DNA of 64,000 nucleotides from Bacillota bacterium (lineage in GTDB: Bacteria; Bacillota; Bacilli; Bu12): the NCBI GenBank assembly GCA_014896485.1, contig JADBKH010000008.1, positions 6,710 through 70,709 of the forward strand, given 5' to 3'. Each line of letters opens with the position of its first letter. The first letter of the stretch is position 1. Below are positions 48,398 to 57,822 of this stretch, in pieces. The notes under the pieces are model-generated. The model saw only the letters and a program-made list of their open reading frames with translations. It had not been told where the DNA came from and searched no databases. The translations under genes were made by a program, and so were the position numbers.

Positions 48398-49930
48398 GTG
48401 CATGCATCTTCAGCGGCTTCTTCCCGTCGGACGACGCGACGGGGGCTGGTACTCGTCGGCATGATGCTTTCGATGGCATTGGTCGCGATGGATAGCACCA
48501 TCGTCGGAACGGCCATTCCTTCCATCGTCACAAAACTGGGGGGATTCCGGTTTTTTCCGTGGGTCTTCTCTGTCTATACCCTGGTCCAGGCGGTGACCAT
48601 CCCGATCTACGGGAAACTTGCGGATCTCTATGGACGCAAACCGGTTTTACTCATTGGCATTGGCATTTTTCTGATCGGCTCGATCTTATCTGGCCTTTCC
48701 TGGAACATGACGGCCCTGATTGCCTTTCGTGCAATCCAAGGCATCGGAGCAGGTGCCGTACAGCCGATCGCCACCACCGTCATCGGCGATCTGTACACGG
48801 TCGAAGAGCGGGGACGGGCACAAGGATACCTTTCCAGTGTCTGGGGAATTGCCGCGATTTTAGGGCCTGCAATCGGCGGAGTTGTGGTCCAGTACGCGTC
48901 TTGGGAATGGATTTTCTATATCAACGTCCCCATCGGTGCAGCAGCACTTTGGATGATCAGCCGCAATTTATTTGAACAACTCAGTCGGCAACGCCACGCC
49001 ATCGATATTGCCGGCTCTCTCCTGCTGGTCACAGCTTTTGGCCTGCTTTTGACAGCGCTGCTGCAAGGAGGAGTGGCTTGGTCTTGGGGTTCACTGCCAA
49101 GCATCGCCTGCTTTCTTTGCGGAAGCCTTCTCTTGGGCGCTTTTATCTGGGTGGAACACCGTGCCAGCGAACCGATCTTGCCCCTATGGGTCTTCCAACA
49201 GAGACTGCTCATCGGGGCCAATGCGGCCAGTTTGGTGGTTGGGGCTTTGACCATCGGTCTCAGCTCTTTCCTGCCGACTTTCCTGCAAGGCGGTCTCCAT
49301 GCCACACCCCTGGTTGCCGGCTTTTGCTTGGCGACCATGTCGATCGGTTGGCCACTTGCTTCGAGCTTCTCCGCTGCCTTGTACAAGCGCATCGGCTATC
49401 GGCAGACCGCGTTTCTCGGCCTCGGCTTCTGTCTCGTTTCTGGCATCCTCTTTCTGCAGCTCAATCTCAGTTCACCCGTTTGGAATGCGGCACTTTTCAG
49501 CTTTGTAATGGGACTGGGACTGGGCTGGTCGACCACTCCGGTTCTGGTAGCCATTCAATCGGCAGTCGTCTGGCAGCAGCGTGGCGTCGCCACGGGAAGC
49601 AATCTGTTTACGCGGATGATCGGATCAGCCGTCGGTGCAGCCGTCTATGGTTCCCTGCTTAACGGAGCCTTTGCCCATTGGATGCAGCAAGCGCCGGCAA
49701 CGGTGGCAAAGCAGCTGCCGGCTTCAACCAACGCTTCCGACTTGGTATTGAGCCACGCACTTCAAAATTTACCAGCAAACGTTGTGCACTACATCCAGCA
49801 GGGATTTTATATCGGCACCCACCATCTGTTCTGGGCGATTACGTGTTCGGCTGTCGTCGGCCTTGTAGCGCTTACGATCATGCCGCGCCACAGCAATACG
49901 GTTACAGCACCCACAACCGCCCAGCGTTAA
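48398..49930 (+). CDS. 14-TMS MFS drug efflux transporter (DHA2/EmrB-like)
   Basis: DSTIV..AIPSI, YGKLADLYGRK, RAIQGIG, WIFYINVP and EPILP motifs. Confidence 0.92.
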   Translation: MHASSAASSRRTTRRGLVLVGMMLSMALVAMDSTIVGTAIPSIVTKLGGFRFFPWVFSVYTLVQAVTIPIYGKLADLYGRKPVLLIGIGIFLIGSILSGLSWNMTALIAFRAIQGIGAGAVQPIATTVIGDLYTVEERGRAQGYLSSVWGIAAILGPAIGGVVVQYASWEWIFYINVPIGAAALWMISRNLFEQLSRQRHAIDIAGSLLLVTAFGLLLTALLQGGVAWSWGSLPSIACFLCGSLLLGAFIWVEHRASEPILPLWVFQQRLLIGANAASLVVGALTIGLSSFLPTFLQGGLHATPLVAGFCLATMSIGWPLASSFSAALYKRIGYRQTAFLGLGFCLVSGILFLQLNLSSPVWNAALFSFVMGLGLGWSTTPVLVAIQSAVVWQQRGVATGSNLFTRMIGSAVGAAVYGSLLNGAFAHWMQQAPATVAKQLPASTNASDLVLSHALQNLPANVVHYIQQGFYIGTHHLFWAITCSAVVGLVALTIMPRHSNTVTAPTTAQR

Positions 49931-49957
49931 GTCGGAAAAGGGAGATGCGGCAATGGC

Positions 49958-50842
49958 TCATATGCCGCTACGCAGACCCTTTTCATCGAGGCACGCATAG
50001 ACCATCTGCGGTGTGGTACAGGCAAACCCAAGTCCGCCTTGGGCATCGACAGCAATCAACCCTGCTGCAACCTTTTTCTGGCGGGCCACTTCTATCGCAG
50101 CTTCCACAGCCTGCTGGGCAGGATGTTGTACCATGGTTTGGACAGCGAGCCGTGTCAATCCGAGGCGCAGAATGCCTTCGCCATCTCCTGTGGCAGAGGC
50201 AGCACCGATGAGCTCTGCATAGGTGCCAGCGCCCATCACCGGTGTATCGCCCACACGACCTGGTAATTTGAGGGAGATCCCTCCGGTAGAGGTTGCTGCT
50301 GCGACGGCACCTGCTCTGTCGACAGCGACTGCGCCGACCGTCCCATACCTAGATCGACGCTGATTGAGGCGCTGCCAGTAGGGCAATGTGCCTTGCTCAA
50401 GCAGCGCCCTATCCCGTTCATAGCGCTGTAAGCGTTCGACCGTCACGGGATTGAAGGGAGGATATCCCCGTGCCCGTGCAAAGGCAAGGGCGCCTTCCCC
50501 TACCAACAGCAGATGATCGGTCTGTTCCATCACATCCCGCGCCACCAGCACAGGGTGCTGTACGGCCTGCAGTGCACCGACAGCGCCAAAACCCCCTTCG
50601 CCGGTGGCCACTGCAGCATCCAGCTCTGTAGCACCTGCCAGATTGAGAACAGCGCCTCGCCCGGCGTTGAAATGGGGATCGTCTTCCAACAGGCAGACCG
50701 CCGTTACAACCGCTTCAAGCGCGCTCTCCCCCGCTACGAGTTTTGCCCATCCCGCAGAAGCGGCGTGCTCGGCGCCGTGCTGCTGCTCGCCATCTGTATC
50801 TTCGACGTGTCCCGCGCCACCATGCACAAGGATTGCTGGCGT
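49958..50842 (-). CDS. Isoaspartyl peptidase/L-asparaginase (Ntn hydrolase)
   Basis: PAILVHGGAG, LEDDPHFNAG, GTVGAVA, ATSTGG, GRVGD and TGDGE motifs. The RBS-spaced codon is ACG. Confidence 0.9.
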   Translation of the reverse strand, partial: TPAILVHGGAGHVEDTDGEQQHGAEHAASAGWAKLVAGESALEAVVTAVCLLEDDPHFNAGRGAVLNLAGATELDAAVATGEGGFGAVGALQAVQHPVLVARDVMEQTDHLLLVGEGALAFARARGYPPFNPVTVERLQRYERDRALLEQGTLPYWQRLNQRRSRYGTVGAVAVDRAGAVAAATSTGGISLKLPGRVGDTPVMGAGTYAELIGAASATGDGEGILRLGLTRLAVQTMVQHPAQQAVEAAIEVARQKKVAAGLIAVDAQGGLGFACTTPQMVYACLDEKGLRSGI

Positions 50843-50852
50843 TTTCTCCCTC

Positions 50853-51404
50853 CTATCCGGTCTTGCTCAAACCGACGGCCGCAGCTTCGTGTTGGAGCAA
50901 GTCATCGATGATCAAAGCAGTCGCACCCCAGACGCGATCCCAATGGGTCACAAACTCGGGCATGCGCTGTCGTTTTCCGTTGCGCTCATAGAGCGAGATA
51001 CGACGGGAGGAACGCAGTTCTTCAAAGGAGATCCAGGCAGCATCGGCCACCTCCGCCACCGAGAGATGCAAAAGCGGAGGCTGCTGACGATAGACGACGA
51101 AAGGCTGGATCGTGTATCCCGTCGCCACAGTCCCTACCGGATCCAATACCAAGCAAGGGGCATCGGCCGGCACGCGAACCCCGACCTCTTCAAACGCTTC
51201 TCGACAAGCCGTTTCCCACAACGAAGCATCGATCGCAGGCTCGTATTTCCCGCCAGGACAAGCCACCTGACCCGCATGCTCCCGCAACGTCGCGGGGCGC
51301 TTGATCAACAAAACCGAAGGCGCTGCAGGCGCACCGCTGACCAACACCAGTACAGCGGATGGTTTGGCCCAGCTACGCCATGCCTCACTTCCTGCCACGG
51401 ACAC
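50853..51404 (-). CDS. Nudix hydrolase, CoA-pyrophosphatase type
   Basis: SAVL, LREHAGQVACPGG, REAFEEVG and VWGATA motifs. Confidence 0.88.
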   Translation of the reverse strand: MSVAGSEAWRSWAKPSAVLVLVSGAPAAPSVLLIKRPATLREHAGQVACPGGKYEPAIDASLWETACREAFEEVGVRVPADAPCLVLDPVGTVATGYTIQPFVVYRQQPPLLHLSVAEVADAAWISFEELRSSRRISLYERNGKRQRMPEFVTHWDRVWGATALIIDDLLQHEAAAVGLSKTG

Positions 51405-51441
51405 CCTTCTTCTCCCTCTTTCTTCTTGCAAATCTGGGCGT

Positions 51442-52425
51442 TCAGCTGATCCGCAACACGATCTTCCCAAAATTCTGGTTATTCTCCATCCGGCGGTGTG
51501 CATCCGCCACTTTTTCCCAGTCGAAAATCTGATCGAGAACCGGATGCAACGCCCCACTGGCAAAGCGCGGAAGGGCCCACTGGCCGAACGCTTGCACAAA
51601 GTCCACCTTGATCGCAAGTGGCCGGGAACGTAAAGAGGTACCAATGATGGAGAGACGTTTGTTGAGCAGCAGTCCCAAGTTGACTTGTTCGGCCACCGCT
51701 CCACCCATCGTCCCGATCAAAAAAATTTTACCATCGGTCGCTGCACACGAGACATTTTGCTCCCAATAAGGTGCACCGACAAAATCAAGGATAATTTCGG
51801 CTCCCTTGCCCCCCGTTGCCTCCAATACCTTGGGCGCAAAAGGCCCCTCATGGTAGTTGATGCAGGTACGCGCACCAAGTTGCTGACAGGCATCCAGCTT
51901 AGCCGACGAACCTGCCGTCACATGTGCTCGCGCACCAAATTCCCGGACGATCTGGATGGCAGCTGTTCCCACCCCGCTGCCCCCTGCATGAATCAGTACG
52001 TCCATTTGCGCCGTCAGGTTGCCGAGCAAAACCAAATTGCTAAAAGCCGTGATCCATGCTTCCGGGATGGCCGCAGCCTCTTCAAAAGAGAGATTTGAAG
52101 GAATCGGCAAGGCCAACCCGACAGGCAAGGTCACCTTTTGAGCATATCCACCCCCTGGCAACAACGCCATGACGCGGTCGCCAACCTGTAACGTCTCGAC
52201 CCGCTCGCCGACTGCGGCCACGACTCCAGCAATCTCCAGCCCCAAAAGCGGGCTTGCTCCTGCCGGTGGCGGATAACCTCCCCTGCGCTGCAGCAGATCG
52301 GCCCGATTGACACCAGCTGCTCGAACATCGACCAAAATTTCATCCGGTTGCGGCATAGGATCGGGAACTTCTTCCAGCTTGAGCACTTCAGGTCCACCCG
52401 GTTCTGAAAAACAGACGGCCCGCAC
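51442..52425 (-). CDS. NAD(P)H-quinone oxidoreductase (PIG3-like MDR)
   Basis: GVNRAD, GYPPP, LGLE, HAGGSGVG, GTSLRSR and FGKIVL motifs. Confidence 0.9.
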   Translation of the reverse strand: MRAVCFSEPGGPEVLKLEEVPDPMPQPDEILVDVRAAGVNRADLLQRRGGYPPPAGASPLLGLEIAGVVAAVGERVETLQVGDRVMALLPGGGYAQKVTLPVGLALPIPSNLSFEEAAAIPEAWITAFSNLVLLGNLTAQMDVLIHAGGSGVGTAAIQIVREFGARAHVTAGSSAKLDACQQLGARTCINYHEGPFAPKVLEATGGKGAEIILDFVGAPYWEQNVSCAATDGKIFLIGTMGGAVAEQVNLGLLLNKRLSIIGTSLRSRPLAIKVDFVQAFGQWALPRFASGALHPVLDQIFDWEKVADAHRRMENNQNFGKIVLRIS

Positions 52426-52501
52426 GCGTCTTCCCCCTTTCCCATCGTCCAGTACTCGTCTTGTACGAGTATAACGCACCGCTCCAGCGGCATGGACCGA
52501 C

Positions 52502-52534
52502 AAAAATGCCTCTCTTGTAAACAAGAGAGGCATT
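52502..52534 (-). terminator. Rho-independent terminator after HPr
   Basis: AATGCCTCTCTTGT / ACAAGAGAGGCATT stem with an A run on the plus strand. Confidence 0.8.
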
Positions 52535-52554
52535 AAAGCAAGGAGAAACAGATA

Positions 52555-52821
52555 TCAGGCACCGATCGTCTCCGCTTCCAACAAATGGCTGAGCGCTTCG
52601 ACTGCTTCCTGCTCATCTGGCCCTTCTGCAGTGATCAGCACTTCCGTATTCGGCCCTGCGCCCAGTGCCATCACGCCCATGACACTTTTGGCATCGACTT
52701 TCATATCCCCTCGCTGCAGGGTGATTTCCGATTCATATTTACAGGCCTCTTGCGTAAAAAGTGCGGCGGGCCGTAGATGAAGGCCTGTCGGCAACTTCAC
52801 AATTACAGAACGATGCGTCAT
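52555..52821 (-). CDS. ptsH: Phosphocarrier protein HPr
   Basis: GLHLRPA (His15) and DAKSVMGVM (Ser46); 88 aa. Confidence 0.88.
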   Translation of the reverse strand: MTHRSVIVKLPTGLHLRPAALFTQEACKYESEITLQRGDMKVDAKSVMGVMALGAGPNTEVLITAEGPDEQEAVEALSHLLEAETIGA

Positions 52822-53034
52822 TCGAAACACTCCCCGTTCGCCGACTTCATTTGTATTATAAAGAGATGCTCTCCACAAACGCCATCGGTCTCTAGTCTTA
52901 TCTTCCATACTGCTTTGCTCAGTATAACACCCGAAGTCACTCCATAAAACACCGGAGGAGATTTTCATGGACGGTCCATAACGATTTAAAGAGGCGCATG
53001 CTACAATGCTTCCCAGTGAGGAGGCCCTTTCTTC

Positions 53035-54468
53035 ATGACAAAGCAACCAGCGCATGCGCCGCATCTGTTGAGCGTCGAAGCGGCACTCGCCCAAACTGCA
53101 GAAGAAGTCACCCAGCGGTATCGTACCTACGTCAATCCCGGCATTGTTGCCCAGATGCAGCTCGTCGGTTTCAACAAACGGTTTGTGCGGGCTCAAGGCA
53201 CCACCGTCTATGATGATCGGGGCGATCCTTATCTTGACTTGCTCGGCGCCTTCGGAGCACTCAACCTGGGACACAATCCACCAGAAGTGCTACGAGCCGT
53301 GCAACAGGCGATGGACCAACCCAACCTGCTCCAAGCTTCTCTTGGCGCTGCTGCAGCGGCCTTGGCCCACAATTTAGCCGCCCTGCTCCCAGGTGATCTC
53401 TCCCGCACCTTTTTCTGTAACAGTGGTGCAGAAGCAGTCGAAGGGGCACTCAAATTTGCCCGTGCTGCCACCGGGCGACCTGTCTTTGCATACTGCAAAG
53501 GCGCTTTCCACGGCAAGAGTTATGGAGCACTCTCTGTCACCGGTCGAGAAAAATACCGCGCTCCCTTTCAACCTTTGTTACCTGATACACGGGAGATTGC
53601 CTATGGTGATCCCGACGCTTTGGAACAGGTACTCAAAGCCCGTGATGTGGCCGCTTTTATTGTGGAGCCCATCCAGGGGGAAGGCGGTGTCGTTCTGCCG
53701 CCCGATGGCTACCTTCGGGAAGCCGAAGCCCTCTGCCATCAGTATGGTACGCTGCTCATCGTCGATGAGATCCAGACCGGCCTGGGACGCTGTGGCACCC
53801 TCTTCGCCTTTGAGCGTGAGGGAATCGTTCCAGACATCGTCTGCTTGGCCAAGTCATTGGGCGGTGGTATCATGCCCATCGGTGCCTTTACCACGACCCC
53901 TGCCATTTGGGATCAGGTACTGGGTGGAATGGAACGTTCCCAGCTCCACACGTCCACATTCGGTGGCAATACATTGGCCTGTGTCGCAGGTATTGCGGCG
54001 ATCAATGCGATTTTGGACAAGCAGTTGCCCCAACGCGCCTTGACCATTGGAGAACATCTCAAAGCGGGATTGGCCCAAGCTGCCGCGAAACATCCGGAGC
54101 TGATCGATGACGTACGCGGCAGAGGGTTGATGATCGGGATCGCTTTCCACATTCCCAACAGCGATCGCAATCGCGGCATTGGAAGCACTTTGCACCACTT
54201 GGGTGAAGAATATATTGGCTCGATGGTAGCTGGAGAGCTGATGAACCACCATCATATGATTACAGCTTACACCCTGAACAACCCGGCAGTGATACGCATC
54301 GAACCCCCGCTGATTCTCACCGAGCAAGAAGCCGATGACACAATTGCTGCCTTTTCGGAAGTGTTGGAGCGCATTAAAAACCCGCTGGGACTGGCAGTCT
54401 CCAGCGGAAAAACCATGATTGCTACGGCTGTCGGACGCGTGGTGGACAAGGCCAAACGCAATCGCTAA
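53035..54468 (+). CDS. Class III PLP-dependent aminotransferase (putrescine/acetylornithine-like)
   Basis: NSGAEA, FHGKS, EPIQGEGG, DEIQTGLGR, AKSLGGG, STFGGN and RGRGLM motifs. Confidence 0.9.
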   Translation: MTKQPAHAPHLLSVEAALAQTAEEVTQRYRTYVNPGIVAQMQLVGFNKRFVRAQGTTVYDDRGDPYLDLLGAFGALNLGHNPPEVLRAVQQAMDQPNLLQASLGAAAAALAHNLAALLPGDLSRTFFCNSGAEAVEGALKFARAATGRPVFAYCKGAFHGKSYGALSVTGREKYRAPFQPLLPDTREIAYGDPDALEQVLKARDVAAFIVEPIQGEGGVVLPPDGYLREAEALCHQYGTLLIVDEIQTGLGRCGTLFAFEREGIVPDIVCLAKSLGGGIMPIGAFTTTPAIWDQVLGGMERSQLHTSTFGGNTLACVAGIAAINAILDKQLPQRALTIGEHLKAGLAQAAAKHPELIDDVRGRGLMIGIAFHIPNSDRNRGIGSTLHHLGEEYIGSMVAGELMNHHHMITAYTLNNPAVIRIEPPLILTEQEADDTIAAFSEVLERIKNPLGLAVSSGKTMIATAVGRVVDKAKRNR

Positions 54469-54476
54469 ATCGAAAG

Positions 54477-55232
54477 TCACATGGCAATCCCACCATCGAC
54501 ACACAGCACTTGGCCAGTGATGTAACTTTGGAGCGGATCGGCAAAGAAGCAGACAGCCGAAGCCACCTCCTGTACCGTCGCAAAGCGATGCATGGGCACC
54601 CATCCTGCCGCACGTGTACGTACGCGCTCGCTGAGGGTCAGCGTCAGCTCTGTTTCGACATAACCTGGCGCCACAACATTGACCGTCACGCCACGATGGG
54701 CCACCTCTCGGGCAACAGCCTTCGAAAAGCTGATAAGGCCGCCCTTGGCAGCTGCATAATTGGATTGCCCTGCATTACCGATCACCCCGGTGACCGATCC
54801 CACCTGCACAATCCGACCAAACCGTTGACGCATCATGCCGCGCACGACGGTCCGGGTGCAGTAGAAAGCACTGGAAAGATCAGCTGCCAAAACAGCCTCC
54901 CACATCTCGTCGGTCATGTGTGTCAGCAGGCCGTCCTGGGTAATGCCTGCATTGTTCACCAAAATTTCAATCGAACCAAAATACTCATAAACGGCTCCGA
55001 CCAGCGCATCCGCTTGCTTTGATGTCGTCAAATCCGCGGCAAATGCTACCGCTTCGCCCCCAACACCTCGGATACGATCGACAACCTCCTCCGCTTCCTC
55101 ACGCCGACTGCGGTAAGAGATCGCCACCTTTGCGCCACGGCGGCCCATTGCTTCAGCGATGGCTCGTCCAATCCCACGCGAACCCCCGGTGATCAGTGCG
55201 ACTTTTCCACTCCACGTCTTGCTTTGCGTCAT
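54477..55232 (-). CDS. fabG: 3-oxoacyl-ACP reductase-like SDR
   Basis: TGGSRGIG, NNAGIT, GNAGQSNYAAAK, VAPG and YITGQ..VDGG motifs. Confidence 0.8.
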   Translation of the reverse strand: MTQSKTWSGKVALITGGSRGIGRAIAEAMGRRGAKVAISYRSRREEAEEVVDRIRGVGGEAVAFAADLTTSKQADALVGAVYEYFGSIEILVNNAGITQDGLLTHMTDEMWEAVLAADLSSAFYCTRTVVRGMMRQRFGRIVQVGSVTGVIGNAGQSNYAAAKGGLISFSKAVAREVAHRGVTVNVVAPGYVETELTLTLSERVRTRAAGWVPMHRFATVQEVASAVCFFADPLQSYITGQVLCVDGGIAM

Positions 55233-55411
55233 GGCTGCTCCTCCTGTGTACACATCGTGCACAAGGATAACGCGATAAGCGCATCGCTGCCAAGCCGCCC
55301 CTGGATCCCTGCGGATCAAGGCGCTTGCCCCTCAGGGCAGCCGTTCGATCAGACACGATCACCCTTTGGCACATGTGAAACGCTGCGTGGAAGGAAAAAT
55401 TCGCGTCCACT

Positions 55412-55690
55412 TCAAAGACGCGCATCAATGGCTGTAGCCAAGGCAAAATCTTTTTCGGTCACCCCCCCTTCGCTATGCGTAGAGAGAACCAGGCTCACCC
55501 GGTTGTAACGAATGTCGATATCCGGATGATGATCCGCCGCTTGTGCAAGCAAAGCCACCCGTGTGACAAATCCAATTGCGTCGATAAAATCGTTGAACGT
55601 ATAGACGCGCCGGATGCTGTCTCCATCCGCCTGCCATCCCGGCAGCCCGGCCAAGCGTTCCTGCACTTCCTGTTGGGAATATGCTGCCAT
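55412..55690 (-). CDS. Pterin-4-alpha-carbinolamine dehydratase
   Basis: LPGW, DHHPDI and STHSEGGVTEKD motifs. Confidence 0.92.
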   Translation of the reverse strand: MAAYSQQEVQERLAGLPGWQADGDSIRRVYTFNDFIDAIGFVTRVALLAQAADHHPDIDIRYNRVSLVLSTHSEGGVTEKDFALATAIDARL

Positions 55691-55802
55691 AAGGCACACT
55701 CCTTTCCATTCCCACGTTATACCCGCGTTCGTCCCAGATGCAACTTAGCCCTTTTCAAGCAAAAAGGGCCTCTGTTCACGGGAGAGACCCTCTTGTATGT
55801 AG

Positions 55803-55886
55803 TGCCGGGAGCGGGGCTTGAACCCGCACGCCCTTTCGGGCAAAGGATTTTAAGTCCTCCGCGTCTGCCGATTCCGCCACCCCGGC
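55803..55886 (-). tRNA. tRNA-Leu(TAA)
   Basis: GCCGGGG..., anticodon arm GAGGA-CTTAAAA-TCCTT, long variable arm; CCA not encoded. Confidence 0.95.
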
Positions 55887-56117
55887 GCAGCAGGCTCAGG
55901 GTAGCACAGAGACGGCGCAACCGCAACCATCTCGATGCATCACGATAGATCAACCACAGGAATTTCTGCAACACATCTTGTCTCAAAAATAACGGCCCCC
56001 TCTCGTTTAGAAGTGACCGTTATTACAGAAGCGGTTTTTGCTGGTTTGCAGGAGCAACGGTTTTTACACCACACTTGCTGCCCCTGCTTTAAGTCAGAAA
56101 CCGCTTGGTTTTATGTA

Positions 56118-56193
56118 TGGAGGTGGGAACGGGATTCGAACCCGTGAATCGCGGTTTTGCAGACCGCTGCGTTAGCCACTTCGCCATCCCACC
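56118..56193 (-). tRNA. tRNA-Cys(GCA)
   Basis: Anticodon arm GCGGT-CTGCAAA-ACCGC; U73 followed by CCA. Confidence 0.95.
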
Positions 56194-56197
56194 GCGA

Positions 56198-56274
56198 TGG
56201 CGGAGCCAACGGGATTCGAACCCGTGTTCTCCTGCGTGACAGGCAGGCGTGTTGGGCCTCTACACCATGGCTCC
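56198..56274 (-). tRNA. tRNA-Asp(GTC)
   Basis: Anticodon arm CCTGC-CTGTCAC-GCAGG; GCCA end. Confidence 0.95.
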
Positions 56275-56283
56275 ACAGGTTAC

Positions 56284-56538
56284 TCATTTTACGGAGCTTT
56301 TGCTGTCGCTGTCAAGCGGTAGATCCGCAGGCCACTTTCCGGGCAAAGGCAAACCGAAGCGTCCTCCAGAAGCATAATACATCCGGGCCAGTTCGAGAGT
56401 AGTCTGCCACTCGAGCTGTTGTGCCAGGTTACAGATATCATCGAGCGTATCCACCGTCTCCTGAGGATCACGCGTGTTCTCCTCAGCCAAGTGCAGGGTC
56501 CGTTCCAGGATCTGTTGCCGGAGCTGTTCCCGATCCAT
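56284..56538 (-). CDS. Hypothetical protein (84 aa)
   Basis: GGGGTG RBS; helical, charged sequence MDREQLRQQILERTL... Confidence 0.55.
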   Translation of the reverse strand: MDREQLRQQILERTLHLAEENTRDPQETVDTLDDICNLAQQLEWQTTLELARMYYASGGRFGLPLPGKWPADLPLDSDSKSSVK

Positions 56539-56610
56539 CGTTACACCCCATTCCATTATGGGTTTTATCTTGCCGCATCTTATGCTAGAGGAAAAGGGGC
56601 GCGTGCCCCC

Positions 56611-57336
56611 TTAAGGGCGGAAATAGGGCCACCAAGCCGGACGATCCTGCTGATTGCGAAGCAATTCTCCTACGGTGACACAAGAGAAGCCTTCTGCCTC
56701 CAACACACTGATCACGTGGGGAAGAGCCGCGACCGTGCGTGAACGATCCCCTCCCCCATCGTGAAACAAAAGAACGTCACCGGGTCGGACATTCTTGGTT
56801 GTTCGAGAAACGATTGCTGCCACTGACGGCCTGCTCCAATCGACAGAATCGTGGTTCCACAAAACCAGTCGATATCCCATCTGTGCACACCGTTGCGTTA
56901 ACGGGGCGTCGTAAAATCCCTCGACGGGCCGAAAGAGCGTGGGATGGACGCGTGTTGCTTCAAATACGACCCGGTCGCATTGACCCAATTCATAGGCAAC
57001 CTTCTCGGGAGAAGCGTGGGTCAAGACACGGTGGGAATAGGTATGGTTGCCAATCTCATTGTGAGAGGCAACGATCTCGCGCAGCAACTGTGGGTGTTGC
57101 TCTGCTTCTTTTCCAATGACGAAAAAGGTAGCATGGGCACCATACCTCTGCAGAATATCGAGCACGATCGGTGTATACGTCGAAGAAGGTCCATCATCGA
57201 AAGTCAATGCGACCACCGGCGCATGCGTATGGACATGCACAACGACGCTACTTTGGGGAGAAGCGACCGAGGGCATCACCACGAAGCCAACGAGTACAAG
57301 AAAAGCCATGCCAAACCATCGAGCGCGCTTTCTCAC
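56611..57336 (-). CDS. Polysaccharide deacetylase (CE4/NodB, PdaB-like)
   Basis: N-terminal TM/signal, LTFDDGP, GNHTYSH, FRP, DSVDW and LFHD motifs. Confidence 0.92.
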   Translation of the reverse strand: MRKRARWFGMAFLVLVGFVVMPSVASPQSSVVVHVHTHAPVVALTFDDGPSSTYTPIVLDILQRYGAHATFFVIGKEAEQHPQLLREIVASHNEIGNHTYSHRVLTHASPEKVAYELGQCDRVVFEATRVHPTLFRPVEGFYDAPLTQRCAQMGYRLVLWNHDSVDWSRPSVAAIVSRTTKNVRPGDVLLFHDGGGDRSRTVAALPHVISVLEAEGFSCVTVGELLRNQQDRPAWWPYFRP

Positions 57337-57535
57337 TGAGAACCTCCGATTCCCCTGCCTCTCAGTCTAACCATCCGCGCCCCTTGCGATGCTTGCGATG
57401 GGGTACAGCCAAAGACGGCCTCCCTCACCCGTGTGGACGGCAAACAGTGGAAATAAAAATAAAAGTGTAAAAATATATTGAAGGGGTAAGGCAACCCTTT
57501 TCGAGGAGAACGTAGCTTTAAAAGAAGAGACCCTC

Positions 57536-57579
57536 AAAAAAGCGAGAAGGCACGGACAGTAGCGTCGTACCTTCTCGCT
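57536..57579 (-). terminator. Terminator after the tRNA pair
   Basis: AGCGAGAAGG / CCTTCTCGCT stem with an A run on the plus strand. Confidence 0.7.
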
Positions 57580-57588
57580 CATTATGTA

Positions 57589-57660
57589 TGGACGCTGTAG
57601 GATTTGAACCTACGACCCCTCGCGCGTGAAGCGAGTGCTCTCCCGCTGAGCTAAGCGTCC
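57589..57660 (-). tRNA. tRNA-Val(CAC)
   Basis: Anticodon arm CTCGC-TTCACGC-GCGAG; CCA not encoded. Confidence 0.93.
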
Positions 57661-57745
57661 TGGTGTCGAGGGTGGGACTTGAACCCACACGGTTTTACCC
57701 ACATGAACCTGAATCATGCGCGTCTGCCAATTCCGCCACCCCGAC
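57661..57745 (-). tRNA. tRNA-Leu(CAG)
   Basis: Anticodon arm CATGA-TTCAGGT-TCATG, long variable arm, ACCA end. Confidence 0.95.
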
Positions 57746-57822
57746 AAATGCAAGCCGTATCTTACAACGAATGGACCGGGCTTGCAAGCAGAACGATGTG
57801 GAACAACCGAGTCACTCAGCAA

